64,000 nt of DNA from a virus. Taxonomy: Duplodnaviria; Heunggongvirae; Uroviricota; Caudoviricetes. Location: IMG/VR virus record IMGVR_UViG_2565956614_000003; one strand, given 5' to 3'. This document shows, piece after piece, positions 1-9,641 of this stretch. Both the position numbers and the translations under genes were made by a program. Position 1 is the stretch's first letter, and every line of letters begins with the position of its first letter. Under the pieces are notes generated by a model. That model did not search any database, was not told where the DNA came from, and saw only the letters and a program-made list of their open reading frames with translations.

Positions 1-164
1 TCATAGCCGCGACGCTCTACAGCCAGGAGCGTTTTGATAATGGTCAGATATACTCAGCCTGGCATTTACTGCCAGTGCCTGAAGAAGTTGACGACCAGGA
101 CTATGAGTTTGAGTCTTACGATTTGGAAGTTGAAGCCTTGGCACAGGCTGGAGAGAAAACTTGA
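1..164 (+). CDS. C-terminal fragment of an upstream ORF that continues beyond the window start
   Basis: Open frame from the window edge to TGA at 162-164; no start codon in window; sits where ulx lies next to lxc in P1. Confidence 0.3.
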   Translation, partial: IAATLYSQERFDNGQIYSAWHLLPVPEEVDDQDYEFESYDLEVEALAQAGEKT

Positions 165-409
165 AAAAGCGATACTACACAGTAAAGCATGGGACGCTAC
201 GAGCATTACAAGAGTTTGCTGACAAGCATAACGTTGAGGTGCGCAGGGAAGGGGGAAGTAAAGCTCTGCGCATGTACCGTCCGGACGGGAAATGGCGTAC
301 GGTCGTCGATTTCAAAACTAACAGCGTTCCCCAGGGCGTCCGTGACCGGGCATTCGAAGAATGGGAGCAGATCATCATAGATAATGCATTGCTTCTCAAT
401 GCGGATTAA
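161..409 (+). CDS. small protein at the position of P1 lxc (C1 co-repressor); identity not verified
   Basis: 82-codon ORF with TTG start immediately upstream of mod; no IS1 between it and mod. Confidence 0.4.
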   Translation: MKKRYYTVKHGTLRALQEFADKHNVEVRREGGSKALRMYRPDGKWRTVVDFKTNSVPQGVRDRAFEEWEQIIIDNALLLNAD

Positions 410-560
410 ACTTCCCCAAATTATGGCTGTTTGCTCACCGAGCATCGCTCAAAGAAGCACGATTCTTCAAACATATAGATAGTGATAGTGCCACAACTTC
501 TGGCTCTAACGGGCTGGGGAGGCGGCGCTTTGTTGCTAAATGATCTGGTTTAAAATGGAT

Positions 561-2501
561 ATGAAAAAAGAAACGATTTTTTCCGAAGTAGAAACGGCTA
601 ACAGCAAGCAACTGGCTGTGTTGAAAGCTAATTTCCCACAGTGTTTTGATAAAAACGGAGCCTTCATTCAAGAAAAATTGCTTGAGATTATTAGAGCATC
701 GGAGGTTGAACTCTCTAAAGAATCATACAGTTTAAACTGGCTGGGTAAATCTTATGCCCGTTTGTTGGCCAATCTACCACCGAAAACGTTGTTGGCAGAA
801 GATAAAACACATAACCAACAAGAAGAGAACAAGAACAGTCAAAACCTGTTAATCAAAGGGGATAACCTCGAAGTATTGAAGCATATGGTTAATGCTTATG
901 CTGAAAAGGTGAATATGATTTACATTGACCCACCATACAATACGGGTAAAGATGGATTCGTCTATAACGATGATCGCAAGTTTACACCAGAACAGCTTTC
1001 TGAACTGGCAGGTATCGAGCTTGATGAGGCTAACCGCATACTTGAATTTACCACCAAGGGTTCAAGCAGTCATAGTGCATGGCTGACATTCATTTATCCT
1101 CGTCTTTATATTGCACGTGAACTTTTAAAAGAGGATGGAGTAATATTCATCTCCATAGACGATAACGAAGATAAACAGTTGGGATTATTATGCGACGAAG
1201 TATTTGGGCAAGGTAATTTTGTTGCAAAACTCCCTACAATCATGAATCTCAAAGGCAATCATGATAACTTTGGCTTTTCAGATACGCATGAATATATATA
1301 TGTATACGCTAAAAACAAAGATGTTTGTAGTTTGGGGCAATTCGATATTGATGAAAGTGAAGTTGAAAAAGAGTGGGATGAAGATGAATATGGGCTATTT
1401 AAAAGAGCTGATACATTAAAGCGTACTGGCCAAGATGCTTCTAGAAAATCAAGACCAAAAGGTTGGTTTCCGGTATTCATCAATTCAGAAAATAAGGTTT
1501 ATGTAACAGATGATGATAAACCTCTTAACGAAGATGACTATGTACTTTACCCAGTAAGCCCTACGGGTGAAGAGCTTTCATGGTCGTGGGGAAAGAAAAA
1601 AATAAATGATGAGTTTTATAATCTAATAGTAATAGATATAAAAGATGGTAAAAATATCTATAAAAAACAGCGGCCTGCTCTTGGAGAGCTACCAACTAAA
1701 AAGCCAAAATCAATTTGGTATAAACCTGAATATAGTACAAGCACGGCGACAACTGAGCTTAAAAATCTTTTAGGTGCAAAATTATTTGAAGGACCAAAAC
1801 CTGTTCCTCTTATAACCGATCTTGTAAAAATAGGAACAAAAAAGGATTCATTAGTTCTTGACTTTTTTGCTGGCTCTGGTACGACAGCAGAAGCTGTTGC
1901 ATATTTAAATGAAAAAGATTCAGGCTGTAGGAATTTTATATGCATACAAAAAGATGAAGTTATAAATAAAACAAAGAATGCCTATTCTCTTGGCTATAGA
2001 TCTATTTTTGAAATAACAAAAAAAAGGATACAGGAGGTATTTAAAAAAAGCACAACCACAAGTGATAATGCGGCTAAAATAGGTTTCAAAGTGATTCATA
2101 CTATTGATGACTTTAGAGCAAAAGTTGAGTCTGAACTTACGCTCACTAATCATACATTCTTTGATGATGCGGTATTAACGCCTGAACAGTATGATGCCCT
2201 ATTGACTACATGGTGTGTATATGATGGTAGCTTGTTAACAACACCTATTGAAGATGTTGATCTTAGTGGCTATACAGCACACTTTTGCAATGGCCGTCTG
2301 TATTTGATTGCACCTAATTTTACTAGCGAAGCATTGAAAGCGTTGCTCCAAAAGCTGGATTCAGATGAAGATTTTGCCCCAAACAAAGTCGTGTTTTATG
2401 GTTGTAACTTTGAAAGTGCAAAACAAAGGGAGCTTAATGAGGCGCTAAAAAGTTATGCTAACAAAAAATCTATTGAGTTAGATTTAGTGGTAAGGAACTA
2501 A
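561..2501 (+). CDS. mod: Type III restriction-modification Mod subunit (N6-adenine DNA methyltransferase, EcoP1I-like)
   Basis: DPPYNTG and FFAGSGTT methyltransferase motifs; 646 aa from ATG 561 (MKKETIFSEVE...); followed 3 nt later by res. Confidence 0.92.
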   Translation: MKKETIFSEVETANSKQLAVLKANFPQCFDKNGAFIQEKLLEIIRASEVELSKESYSLNWLGKSYARLLANLPPKTLLAEDKTHNQQEENKNSQNLLIKGDNLEVLKHMVNAYAEKVNMIYIDPPYNTGKDGFVYNDDRKFTPEQLSELAGIELDEANRILEFTTKGSSSHSAWLTFIYPRLYIARELLKEDGVIFISIDDNEDKQLGLLCDEVFGQGNFVAKLPTIMNLKGNHDNFGFSDTHEYIYVYAKNKDVCSLGQFDIDESEVEKEWDEDEYGLFKRADTLKRTGQDASRKSRPKGWFPVFINSENKVYVTDDDKPLNEDDYVLYPVSPTGEELSWSWGKKKINDEFYNLIVIDIKDGKNIYKKQRPALGELPTKKPKSIWYKPEYSTSTATTELKNLLGAKLFEGPKPVPLITDLVKIGTKKDSLVLDFFAGSGTTAEAVAYLNEKDSGCRNFICIQKDEVINKTKNAYSLGYRSIFEITKKRIQEVFKKSTTTSDNAAKIGFKVIHTIDDFRAKVESELTLTNHTFFDDAVLTPEQYDALLTTWCVYDGSLLTTPIEDVDLSGYTAHFCNGRLYLIAPNFTSEALKALLQKLDSDEDFAPNKVVFYGCNFESAKQRELNEALKSYANKKSIELDLVVRN

Positions 2502-2503
2502 TC

Positions 2504-5416
2504 ATGTCAAAAGGGTTCACATTCGAAAAGAACTTACCGCATCAGAAAGCAGGTGTCGATGCGGTGATGAACGTTTTTGTTTCCGCGACATCTCATCAGG
2601 AGGATAATGTTTCTATTCGCCTGTTAGTTAATCCAGAATTACGGCTTACTGAACAGCAATACTATAAAAATATAAAAAAAGTTCAGGAACTCAATGGTAT
2701 TGAACATGTAAAAAATAATTACGATGCTGGAAGCAACGTAATCGATGTTTCTATGGAGACAGGTACAGGTAAAACGTATACCTACACTAAAACAATTTTT
2801 GATCTGAACAAATCATTTGGCATTAATAAGTTTATCATTATTGTTCCTACTCTATCGATCAAAGCTGGAACAGTGAACTTTTTGAAAAGCGATGCGTTAA
2901 AAGAACACTTTAGAGATGATTATGAGCGTGAAATAAAGACTTACGTTGTTGAAAGTCAGAAAAATGCCGGTAAAAGCACAAAATCGTATATGCCTCAAGC
3001 TATACATGATTTTGTTGAAGCTAGTAATTTCAATAAGAAATATATACACGTTCTTGTTATTAACACGGGAATGATTCACTCTAAGAATTTAAATTCCACT
3101 TATGATGTTGGCTTGCTTGACAATCATTTTGATTCTCCCTTTTCAGCTCTTGGTGCGGTAAAACCATTCATTATCATTGATGAACCACATAAATTTCCTA
3201 CTGGTAAAAAGACATGGGAAAATATAGAGAAGTTTAATGCTCAATATATTATCCGCTACGGTGCGACCTTTAGTGAAGGCTATAAGAATTTAGTTTATCG
3301 ACTTACAGCTGTGGATGCATTTAATGAAGACCTTGTTAAAGGTATTGATGCGTACATTGAGGATATTGTTGGTGATGGTGACGCCAACCTAAAGTTCATT
3401 AAATCTGATGGGGAAGAAGTTACATTTGAGCTAAATGAAAATAACAAGAAAACTTTATTTAAGTTAACAAAAGGTGAATCTCTATCTAAGACACATAGTG
3501 CTATTCACGATTTAACTCTTGATGCCTTAGGCAAGAATACAGTAGTGTTGAGTAATGGTATTGAGCTAAAAATTGGTTGCTCAATAAACCCCTATTCTTA
3601 CGATCAGACACTTGCTGACAGCATGATGAGGAAAGCTATCAAAGAACACTTTAAGTTAGAAAAAGAGTTTCTGACACAAAGGCCACGCATAAAGCCTCTT
3701 ACTCTTTTCTTTATTGATGATATTGAAGGTTATCGTGACGGTAATAATATTGCCGGAAGTTTGAAAGCTAAGTTCGAAGAATATGTTTTGGCAGAAGCTA
3801 ATGAACTGTTAAAAATAGAAAAAGATGAGTTTTATAGTAACTATCTTGAAAAAACAGTTAAAGATATATCTTCCGTTCATGGCGGTTATTTTTCAAAAGA
3901 TAACAGTGATAAGGATGATAAAATCGAGAAGGAAATCAACGAAATCCTTCATGACAAAGAGCTTTTGCTGTCTTTAGATAATCCACGTCGTTTCATTTTC
4001 TCAAAATGGACGTTGCGTGAGGGATGGGATAATCCTAATGTCTTTCAGATCTGTAAGCTCCGTTCGAGCGGTAGTACCACATCCAAGCTTCAAGAGGTAG
4101 GGCGCGGTTTGCGTCTTCCTGTGAATGAATACATGTGTCGAGTGAAAGACCGCAATTTTACCCTTAAATATTATGTCGATTTTACAGAAAAGGATTTTGT
4201 TGACTCACTTGTTAAAGAGGTCAATGAGAGTTCTTTCAAAGAAAGGGTTCCAAGTAAGTTTACTCAAGAGCTTAAGGAACAAATCAGGGCTCAGTATCCT
4301 GAGCTTTCATCCAGAGCACTAATGAATGAACTTTTCAATGATGAAATCATTGATGAAAATGATAATTTCAAAGATTCAGATGCCTACAGCCGCTTAAAAT
4401 CCAAATATCCAGCAGCATTCCCTATAGGAGTGAAACCAGGTAAAATCAAAAAAGCTACTGATGGAAAAAGACGCACTAAAATGCGTGTTGGTAAGTTCAG
4501 TGAGCTGAAAGAACTATGGGAATTAATCAATCAAAAAGCGGTGATTGAGTACAAAATAAACAGTGAAAATGAGTTTTTATCCATTTTCAAGTCATTCATG
4601 CTCGAAGAAACAGAACGATTTACCAAATCAGGCGTTCATACTCGCATTGATAAAATTTACATCCACAATGATATGGCAATGTCGAAAAGCATTGTTAGTG
4701 ATGACGATGACTTTGCTAAGCTAAACACAATGAGTTATCGAGAGTTTCTCGATAACTTATCACAGACTATTTTTGTTAAACACGATACTTTACATAAAGT
4801 TTTTTGTGATATAAAAGACACTATTAATATCACTGAATACCTGAATATTCAAACAATCAGAAAAATTAAATCTGGTTTTAGTAAGTATTTGTTGAACAAT
4901 TCGTTTAACAAATTCAGCCTCGGATATAATTTGATTTCGGGGTCAATTCATCCCACAAAGTTCACAAATGCTGATGGTAAGCCTCTAGACGAGGTATTAT
5001 CAAGTGATCTTGGTGTATTACAGGATAATTCAAAAGCACCATTAGATACTTATCTTTTTGAAGAGGTTTTTTATGATTCAGAGCTTGAAAGGCGTAATAT
5101 AACAGATAGAGAGATCCAGTCTGTTGTTGTTTTTTCAAAGATACCGAAGAATTCTATTAAGATCCCGGTAGCTGGTGGATACACTTACTCACCCGATTTT
5201 GCTTATGTTGTAAAAACAGCAGAAGGTGATTATCTTAACTTTATCATTGAAACAAAAAACGTAGATAGTAAGGATAGTTTACGGCTTGAAGAAAAAAAGA
5301 AAATTGAACATGCCCAGGCGCTTTTCAATCAAATAAGTCAGTCTGTTAAAGTTGAATTCAAAACGCAGTTTGCTAATGATGATATTTATCAGTTAATCAA
5401 GAGCGCATTACCATAA
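2504..5416 (+). CDS. res: Type III restriction endonuclease Res subunit
   Basis: 970 aa; helicase motifs ETGTGKTYTY and IIDEPHKF; tightly coupled to mod. Confidence 0.92.
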   Translation: MSKGFTFEKNLPHQKAGVDAVMNVFVSATSHQEDNVSIRLLVNPELRLTEQQYYKNIKKVQELNGIEHVKNNYDAGSNVIDVSMETGTGKTYTYTKTIFDLNKSFGINKFIIIVPTLSIKAGTVNFLKSDALKEHFRDDYEREIKTYVVESQKNAGKSTKSYMPQAIHDFVEASNFNKKYIHVLVINTGMIHSKNLNSTYDVGLLDNHFDSPFSALGAVKPFIIIDEPHKFPTGKKTWENIEKFNAQYIIRYGATFSEGYKNLVYRLTAVDAFNEDLVKGIDAYIEDIVGDGDANLKFIKSDGEEVTFELNENNKKTLFKLTKGESLSKTHSAIHDLTLDALGKNTVVLSNGIELKIGCSINPYSYDQTLADSMMRKAIKEHFKLEKEFLTQRPRIKPLTLFFIDDIEGYRDGNNIAGSLKAKFEEYVLAEANELLKIEKDEFYSNYLEKTVKDISSVHGGYFSKDNSDKDDKIEKEINEILHDKELLLSLDNPRRFIFSKWTLREGWDNPNVFQICKLRSSGSTTSKLQEVGRGLRLPVNEYMCRVKDRNFTLKYYVDFTEKDFVDSLVKEVNESSFKERVPSKFTQELKEQIRAQYPELSSRALMNELFNDEIIDENDNFKDSDAYSRLKSKYPAAFPIGVKPGKIKKATDGKRRTKMRVGKFSELKELWELINQKAVIEYKINSENEFLSIFKSFMLEETERFTKSGVHTRIDKIYIHNDMAMSKSIVSDDDDFAKLNTMSYREFLDNLSQTIFVKHDTLHKVFCDIKDTINITEYLNIQTIRKIKSGFSKYLLNNSFNKFSLGYNLISGSIHPTKFTNADGKPLDEVLSSDLGVLQDNSKAPLDTYLFEEVFYDSELERRNITDREIQSVVVFSKIPKNSIKIPVAGGYTYSPDFAYVVKTAEGDYLNFIIETKNVDSKDSLRLEEKKKIEHAQALFNQISQSVKVEFKTQFANDDIYQLIKSALP

Positions 5417-5425
5417 TTCCAGTTT

Positions 5426-5450
5426 AAAAGGAGGTGAAAACCTCCTTTTT
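5426..5450. terminator. bidirectional intrinsic terminator between convergent res and mat-like gene
   Basis: Perfect 9-bp stem AAAAGGAGG / CCTCCTTTT with 6-nt loop, A-run before and T-run after. Confidence 0.6.
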
Positions 5451-5491
5451 ATGACATCCAACACGACCTGAAAGAAGTGGCGCTCAGGTCG

Positions 5492-6133
5492 TTAAAAATA
5501 GTTTCCCTTTCCAGTTAAGATTCCATGTGGAACGCTTTTTTCCGCAAGTCTCTGTGTGCCGCGAATTATGTTAATCAGTGGGCTTAGTAACGATGGTTCC
5601 TGGCGTGGCTCAACTTCTCCAGCCATTGCCCTGATGTAGTCGGAGTTTGCAACGTTGTTGTATTCCGTTGCGAAGCAGCATAACAACGTCAGAACGTGCT
5701 CTGTCGTTATTTCGCTCCAGTTGATGTTGAAAAATTCATCGCCTTTTTTGTCATGTTCGGAATCGAAGATGCTTTGGTGGAGGATGTATTTGCCGGATTC
5801 CTTGCGCGGTAACTTGATCGCTTTCTGGCGTTCCAATTCCTTATAAATCTGCATTGCTTCAATCAGTACCGGTCTACCGTTCATGAAGGGATCACGCAAC
5901 CTTACACGCTGGCCAACTCGACCGGTAATAAAGCTGTTTTCCTCTTCCACCAGCACGATAAAACCCTTTTCCTCTTTTTCTCGCAATTCGCGCAGCAGCT
6001 GGAGTTCAATATCGCGGCGGCGTTCAGGGTAGCTGGTCCGCTCAGCCATTATCAGCTCATTGTTGATCCATGCAGCAGTCATTGACGCCGGTTTGCCGAC
6101 GCTCATTGAAACAACGCATATTTTCTTATCCAT
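5492..6133 (-). CDS. Mat-like protein (named by position between res and ref)
   Basis: 213 codons from ATG 6133 preceded by an AGGGGG Shine-Dalgarno; the longer ORF starting at 6244 lacks an RBS. Confidence 0.55.
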   Translation of the reverse strand: MDKKICVVSMSVGKPASMTAAWINNELIMAERTSYPERRRDIELQLLRELREKEEKGFIVLVEEENSFITGRVGQRVRLRDPFMNGRPVLIEAMQIYKELERQKAIKLPRKESGKYILHQSIFDSEHDKKGDEFFNINWSEITTEHVLTLLCCFATEYNNVANSDYIRAMAGEVEPRQEPSLLSPLINIIRGTQRLAEKSVPHGILTGKGNYF

Positions 6134-6322
6134 AGCGCCCCCTACAAAAAAGAAAAGCCACCAGCGGCGGCTTAGCAATACAACAGAAGGTAGCGCCCGG
6201 TACTCAGACTGTGCCGTCCATGGAATATTTGAAAAGGGATCCATCCGTACCGGGCGTGTGATGATTCTGACTCAAGTCACTTGTCAGTTGTCAATCATTT
6301 AAGATTAAAAATAATATATTTA

Positions 6323-6883
6323 TTAGTGCATGATGTTTGCCATTTCATAGGCGTCAGCCAGCAACTCCATCTCTGACTTGTTCAGCAAGGTGAATTCTTT
6401 CTTGCCTCCAACCACACCATCGGCATGAACAGGGACCAGCCAGGGGTATTTTTCTCTTACTTCAGCCGGTGCTGCATGCTGGTGGTGCCATCTACAAAGT
6501 GGCAATTGCTTTTTGTGACAACCAGGCGCGGTACGACCGGAGATATGGTGCAGAGACACCTCTTCAGATATTACTCCATGCATATAGCAGGCAATGCAGG
6601 GGAGAGCGCCAAGAGCATTGGCTATGCGCCGTTCCTCCGCCGTCGGTGTTCGTCCCTTCAAGTCACGAGATTTTATTTTTACCGCGCTTTTCCGCGTTTT
6701 GCTGGCTGGTGGGCGCTCTTTCTGTTTAGCGATACGGCGATCGATAGTATTCCGCATTTTCTGATATTGAGATTCTCGCCAGGCCGGATCAGCCAACTTC
6801 TCCCGTTGCCGAGCGATCGCTCGTTCTCTGGCTGCCTTCTGCCACTTGCGGCACTGTTCAATTTTTTGTTCGATTGTTTTCAT
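6323..6883 (-). CDS. ref: recombination enhancement function Ref (HNH endonuclease)
   Basis: 186 aa; Cys/His-rich HNH region CIACYMHG...HH...CRWHHQH; sequence recognised as P1 Ref. Confidence 0.88.
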   Translation of the reverse strand: MKTIEQKIEQCRKWQKAARERAIARQREKLADPAWRESQYQKMRNTIDRRIAKQKERPPASKTRKSAVKIKSRDLKGRTPTAEERRIANALGALPCIACYMHGVISEEVSLHHISGRTAPGCHKKQLPLCRWHHQHAAPAEVREKYPWLVPVHADGVVGGKKEFTLLNKSEMELLADAYEMANIMH

Positions 6884-6888
6884 ATGGC

Positions 6889-6915
6889 AAAAAAAAAGGC
6901 GGCCTAATGGCCGCC
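6889..6915 (-). terminator. hairpin plus U-run on the minus strand just upstream of the ref start
   Basis: GGCGGCC-TAAT-GGCCGCC stem-loop followed on the minus strand by nine T. Confidence 0.4.
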
Positions 6916-6974
6916 AATGATGTCAAGGAGTGAAGTAATGGCAACGTCTTCGTAGTTGACAAAAACTGCGGCTC

Positions 6975-7000
6975 AATTATAGCAATCAATTAGAGCAATG
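6975..7000. promoter_or_regulatory. tandem C1-operator-like cores
   Basis: AATTATAGCAAT and AATTAGAGCAAT, matching the core of the C1 operator consensus. Confidence 0.5.
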
Positions 7001-7131
7001 ATAGATATTTTGTTAATCGCGAATCACATTTTTTCACTTCAGTACCTGTGTGCTATACTCCTTCTTGATTGATTGGATGCGGAATACAAACCCGCTCTTT
7101 TGTGCAGCCTGGCTCCTTGCCAGGCTTTTTT

Positions 7132-7443
7132 TTATTTCAGCATGGAAGCTGTTAACGCTTTGGACCTTGCTGAACTGATTGAGAGGGCTTTGTCAACGTG
7201 CCCCAAAAATTCGCCAAACTCAGACATCACTTTGGCAAAACCGCGCCGTGCTTCTTCCTCGGTGGCATTCATCACGAAATGTTCAGCACTACGAATACTT
7301 TTGACAGGGAACGCAACAGATATTGAGTCAATATCAGCCATTCTATCGCTTAACTTTACAGTGACAATGACGGCTGGCGACTGAATATTAGTGCTTACAG
7401 ACAGCACTACATATTTTCCGCCGATGTCGAAATCCTTTCTCAT
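7132..7443 (-). CDS. hypothetical protein at the position of P1 cra (between cre and ref)
   Basis: 103-codon ORF with an operator-like site and TATAAT directly upstream; an overlapping plus-strand ORF 7073..7384 cannot be excluded. Confidence 0.35.
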   Translation of the reverse strand: MRKDFDIGGKYVVLSVSTNIQSPAVIVTVKLSDRMADIDSISVAFPVKSIRSAEHFVMNATEEEARRGFAKVMSEFGEFLGHVDKALSISSARSKALTASMLK

Positions 7444-7460
7444 ATGTCACCATAAATATC

Positions 7461-7476
7461 AAATAATTATAGCAAT
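7461..7476. promoter_or_regulatory. C1 operator variant overlapping a -10 element
   Basis: AAATAATTATAGCAAT, same variant core as at 6975. Confidence 0.45.
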
Positions 7477-7493
7477 TTCTTATATATTGACGG

Positions 7494-8525
7494 CTAATCA
7501 CCATCTTCCAGCAGGCGCACCATTGCCCCCGTTTCACTATCCAGATTACGGATATAGTTCATGACAATATTTACGTTGGTCCAGCCACCAGCTTGCATGA
7601 TCTCCGGTATTGAAACTCCGGCGCGGGCCATATCTCGCGCGGCTCCGACACGGGCACTGTGTCCAGACCAGGCCAGGTACCTCTGGCCAGAGTCATCCTT
7701 AGCCCCGTAAATCAATCGGTGAGTTGCTTCAAAAATCCCTTCCAGGGCGCGAGTTGATAGCTGGCTGGTGGCAGATGGCGCGGCAACACCATTTTTTCTG
7801 ACACGGCAAAACAAGTAGTTATTCGGATCATCAGCCACACCAGAGACAGAAATCCATCGCTCAACCAGTTTAGTTACCCCCAGACTAAGTGCCTTCTCTA
7901 CACCAGCGGTGCTAACCAGCGTTTTCGTTCTGCCAATATGGATTAACATTCTCCCACCGTCAGTACGTGAGATATCTTTAACTCTGATCCTAGAAATTTC
8001 GGCTATACGTAACAGGGTGTTATAAGCAATCCCCAGAAATGCCAGATTACGTATATCCTGGCAGCGATCGCTATTTTCCATGAGTGAACGAACCTGGTCG
8101 AAATCAGTGCGTTCGAACGCCAGCGCCTGTTTTGCACGCTCACCGGCATCAACGTTTTCTTTTCGGATCCGTCGCATGACCAGTGAAACAGCATTGCTGT
8201 CACTTGGTCGTGGCAGCCCGGACCGACGATGAAGCATATTTAGCTGGCCCAAATGTTGCTGGATAGTTTTCACTGCCAGACCGCGCGCCTGAAGATATAG
8301 AAGATAATCGCGAACATCTTCAGGTTCTGCGGGAAACCACTTCCGGTTATTCAACTTGCACCATGCCGCCCACGACCGGCAAACGGACAGAAGCATTTTC
8401 CAGGTATGCTCAGAAAACGCCTGGCGATCCCTGAACATGTCCATCAGGTTCTTGCGAACCTCATCACTTGTTGCATCGACCGGTAATGCAGGCAAATTTT
8501 GGTGTACGGTCAGTAAATTAGACAT
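7494..8525 (-). CDS. cre: Cre tyrosine site-specific recombinase
   Basis: 343 aa; sequence recognised as P1 Cre (MSNLLTVHQNLPALPVD...GHSARVGAARDMARAG...MNYIRNLDSETGAMVRLLEDGD). Confidence 0.97.
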   Translation of the reverse strand: MSNLLTVHQNLPALPVDATSDEVRKNLMDMFRDRQAFSEHTWKMLLSVCRSWAAWCKLNNRKWFPAEPEDVRDYLLYLQARGLAVKTIQQHLGQLNMLHRRSGLPRPSDSNAVSLVMRRIRKENVDAGERAKQALAFERTDFDQVRSLMENSDRCQDIRNLAFLGIAYNTLLRIAEISRIRVKDISRTDGGRMLIHIGRTKTLVSTAGVEKALSLGVTKLVERWISVSGVADDPNNYLFCRVRKNGVAAPSATSQLSTRALEGIFEATHRLIYGAKDDSGQRYLAWSGHSARVGAARDMARAGVSIPEIMQAGGWTNVNIVMNYIRNLDSETGAMVRLLEDGD

Positions 8526-8532
8526 TTAACAC

Positions 8533-8754
8533 TCAGATAATGGTTTTAAGTAAAGTGTACAGGATCGGCTCTGCCTTTACCTGTTTATGGTTCTCGCCAT
8601 AGAAACGCCAGCGACCGCGCGTGCGTACTATTTTCTCTTCACCGCGCGATAATGACAGTTGGCAACTATCACGATCAAACCCTTTTGCCCGCCAGTAACC
8701 ACGGTTTTTCTCAAGCTCAAGATGAGTGGACACTTTAGCAGCTGAATATCCCAT
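8533..8754 (-). CDS. hypothetical 73-aa protein directly upstream of cre
   Basis: ORF with GAGGTG Shine-Dalgarno; stop 8 nt before the cre start; CCAATCAATCA motif just upstream. Confidence 0.45.
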   Translation of the reverse strand: MGYSAAKVSTHLELEKNRGYWRAKGFDRDSCQLSLSRGEEKIVRTRGRWRFYGENHKQVKAEPILYTLLKTII

Positions 8755-8848
8755 TTTTCACCTCTGATTGATTGGTGGTGCTAAGTGCGCTACGCGAAAT
8801 CTGGAGCACTAACACTGCCAACTTTTCACAGATTTTACGTAGCGCAAA

Positions 8849-8873
8849 CTTGATCAAATGATCAAGTGATCAC
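8849..8873. promoter_or_regulatory. GATC-rich palindrome (three Dam sites) in the cre upstream region
   Basis: CTTGATCAAATGATCAAGTGATCAC; P1 cre promoters are known to be Dam-regulated. Confidence 0.45.
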
Positions 8874-8983
8874 TATTTGACCTGATAAGGTATTGAACTG
8901 TATGGATTTACAGGTAAATTGATCATGTTCAATAACCCTTAAGGTCTGAAGAGGAGTTTACGTCCAGCTGCGCATAAAAATCA

Positions 8984-9000
8984 AGAATTATTAGAGCAAT
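8984..9000. promoter_or_regulatory. C1 operator (immC cluster)
   Basis: AGAATTATTAGAGCAAT, 15/17 to the reverse consensus. Confidence 0.6.
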
Positions 9001-9066
9001 AAATTTTGAGAGAAAAATCCCACTCCACCAGCCAAAAACTGGATTGTTTTTCATAGTTGTTTGACA

Positions 9067-9083
9067 ATTGCTCTAATAAATTA
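9067..9083. promoter_or_regulatory. C1 operator (immC cluster), inverted relative to the 8984 site
   Basis: ATTGCTCTAATAAATTA, 16/17 to consensus. Confidence 0.7.
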
Positions 9084-9321
9084 TAGTTTTGCCGCCGTTA
9101 CGTAATACGACTTTGGATTCACTATTTAATGTGTCTTCAGCGTTGTAGAGCGGCTCAGAAGGAAATGAGCAAACAGGGAAACCTTATACAACGGCATTAC
9201 AGCTATGCATTGCTCATCTTACACACAGCGCAATGTTGTTAGATTACCCCAGCATGGATCATGGGTGAAACAGTAGGTCAGAGCTTCAGGCTCTGTGTTG
9301 TCAATACAGTGAGGCATAATT

Positions 9322-9531
9322 ATGGCTTTCATTCAACCAACCATCGACGACGTTAGACATTGCTCTAACGCTTTATCTGTAGACCCTGCCGAAACCGACG
9401 CTGCCCGCGCCATTGCTGAACACTACTCAAAGATATCCAATCAGGAGTACCGCATCACCCAAGACGACCTGGATGACCTCACTGACACAATCGAATATCT
9501 CATGGCAACTAACCAGTTAGACTCACAATAA
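9322..9531 (+). CDS. coi: Coi, C1 inactivator
   Basis: 69 aa directly upstream of c1, same strand; size and position as P1 coi. Confidence 0.8.
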   Translation: MAFIQPTIDDVRHCSNALSVDPAETDAARAIAEHYSKISNQEYRITQDDLDDLTDTIEYLMATNQLDSQ

Positions 9532-9546
9532 ATGCACTAATAAATC
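9530..9546. promoter_or_regulatory. C1-operator-like site between coi and c1
   Basis: ATGCACTAATAAATCT followed by TATAAT. Confidence 0.45.
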
Positions 9547-9641
9547 TATTATTTTTGTTTGATCCCTCTATAATATAGGTCAGTAATGACCGGTTTTCTC
9601 AGCCGGGCGTTATTGACCATGTCAATTCTGGAGGAGGATCA

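Noticed and set aside
410-560. IS1 insertion between mod and lxc as in laboratory P1
   Set aside because: The interval is only about 150 bp, with no transposase ORF or inverted repeats; no IS element is present in this window.
1981-2050. A-runs (A8, A7) inside mod as possible phase-variation tracts
   Set aside because: The whole gene is AT-rich and the runs are short; there is no evidence for slipped-strand regulation in enterobacterial Type III systems of this family.
6314-6330. Possible C1 operator upstream of the mat-like gene
   Set aside because: Only 13/17 match with a mismatch in the conserved core (TAGTGCA rather than TAGAGCA); too weak to call.
6425-6907. Plus-strand ORFs of 86-160 aa overlapping ref
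   Set aside because: They are fully antisense to the confidently identified ref gene and have no RBS; typical spurious ORFs in GC-rich coding DNA. The same reasoning applies to the many antisense ORFs inside pacB, pacA, dmt, ban and the structural genes.
7494-8525. Cre as an integrase marking an integrative mobile element
   Set aside because: Cre in P1 mediates cyclisation and dimer resolution of an extrachromosomal plasmid prophage; no att sites or chromosomal flanks are seen, so I did not annotate an integrated mobile element.
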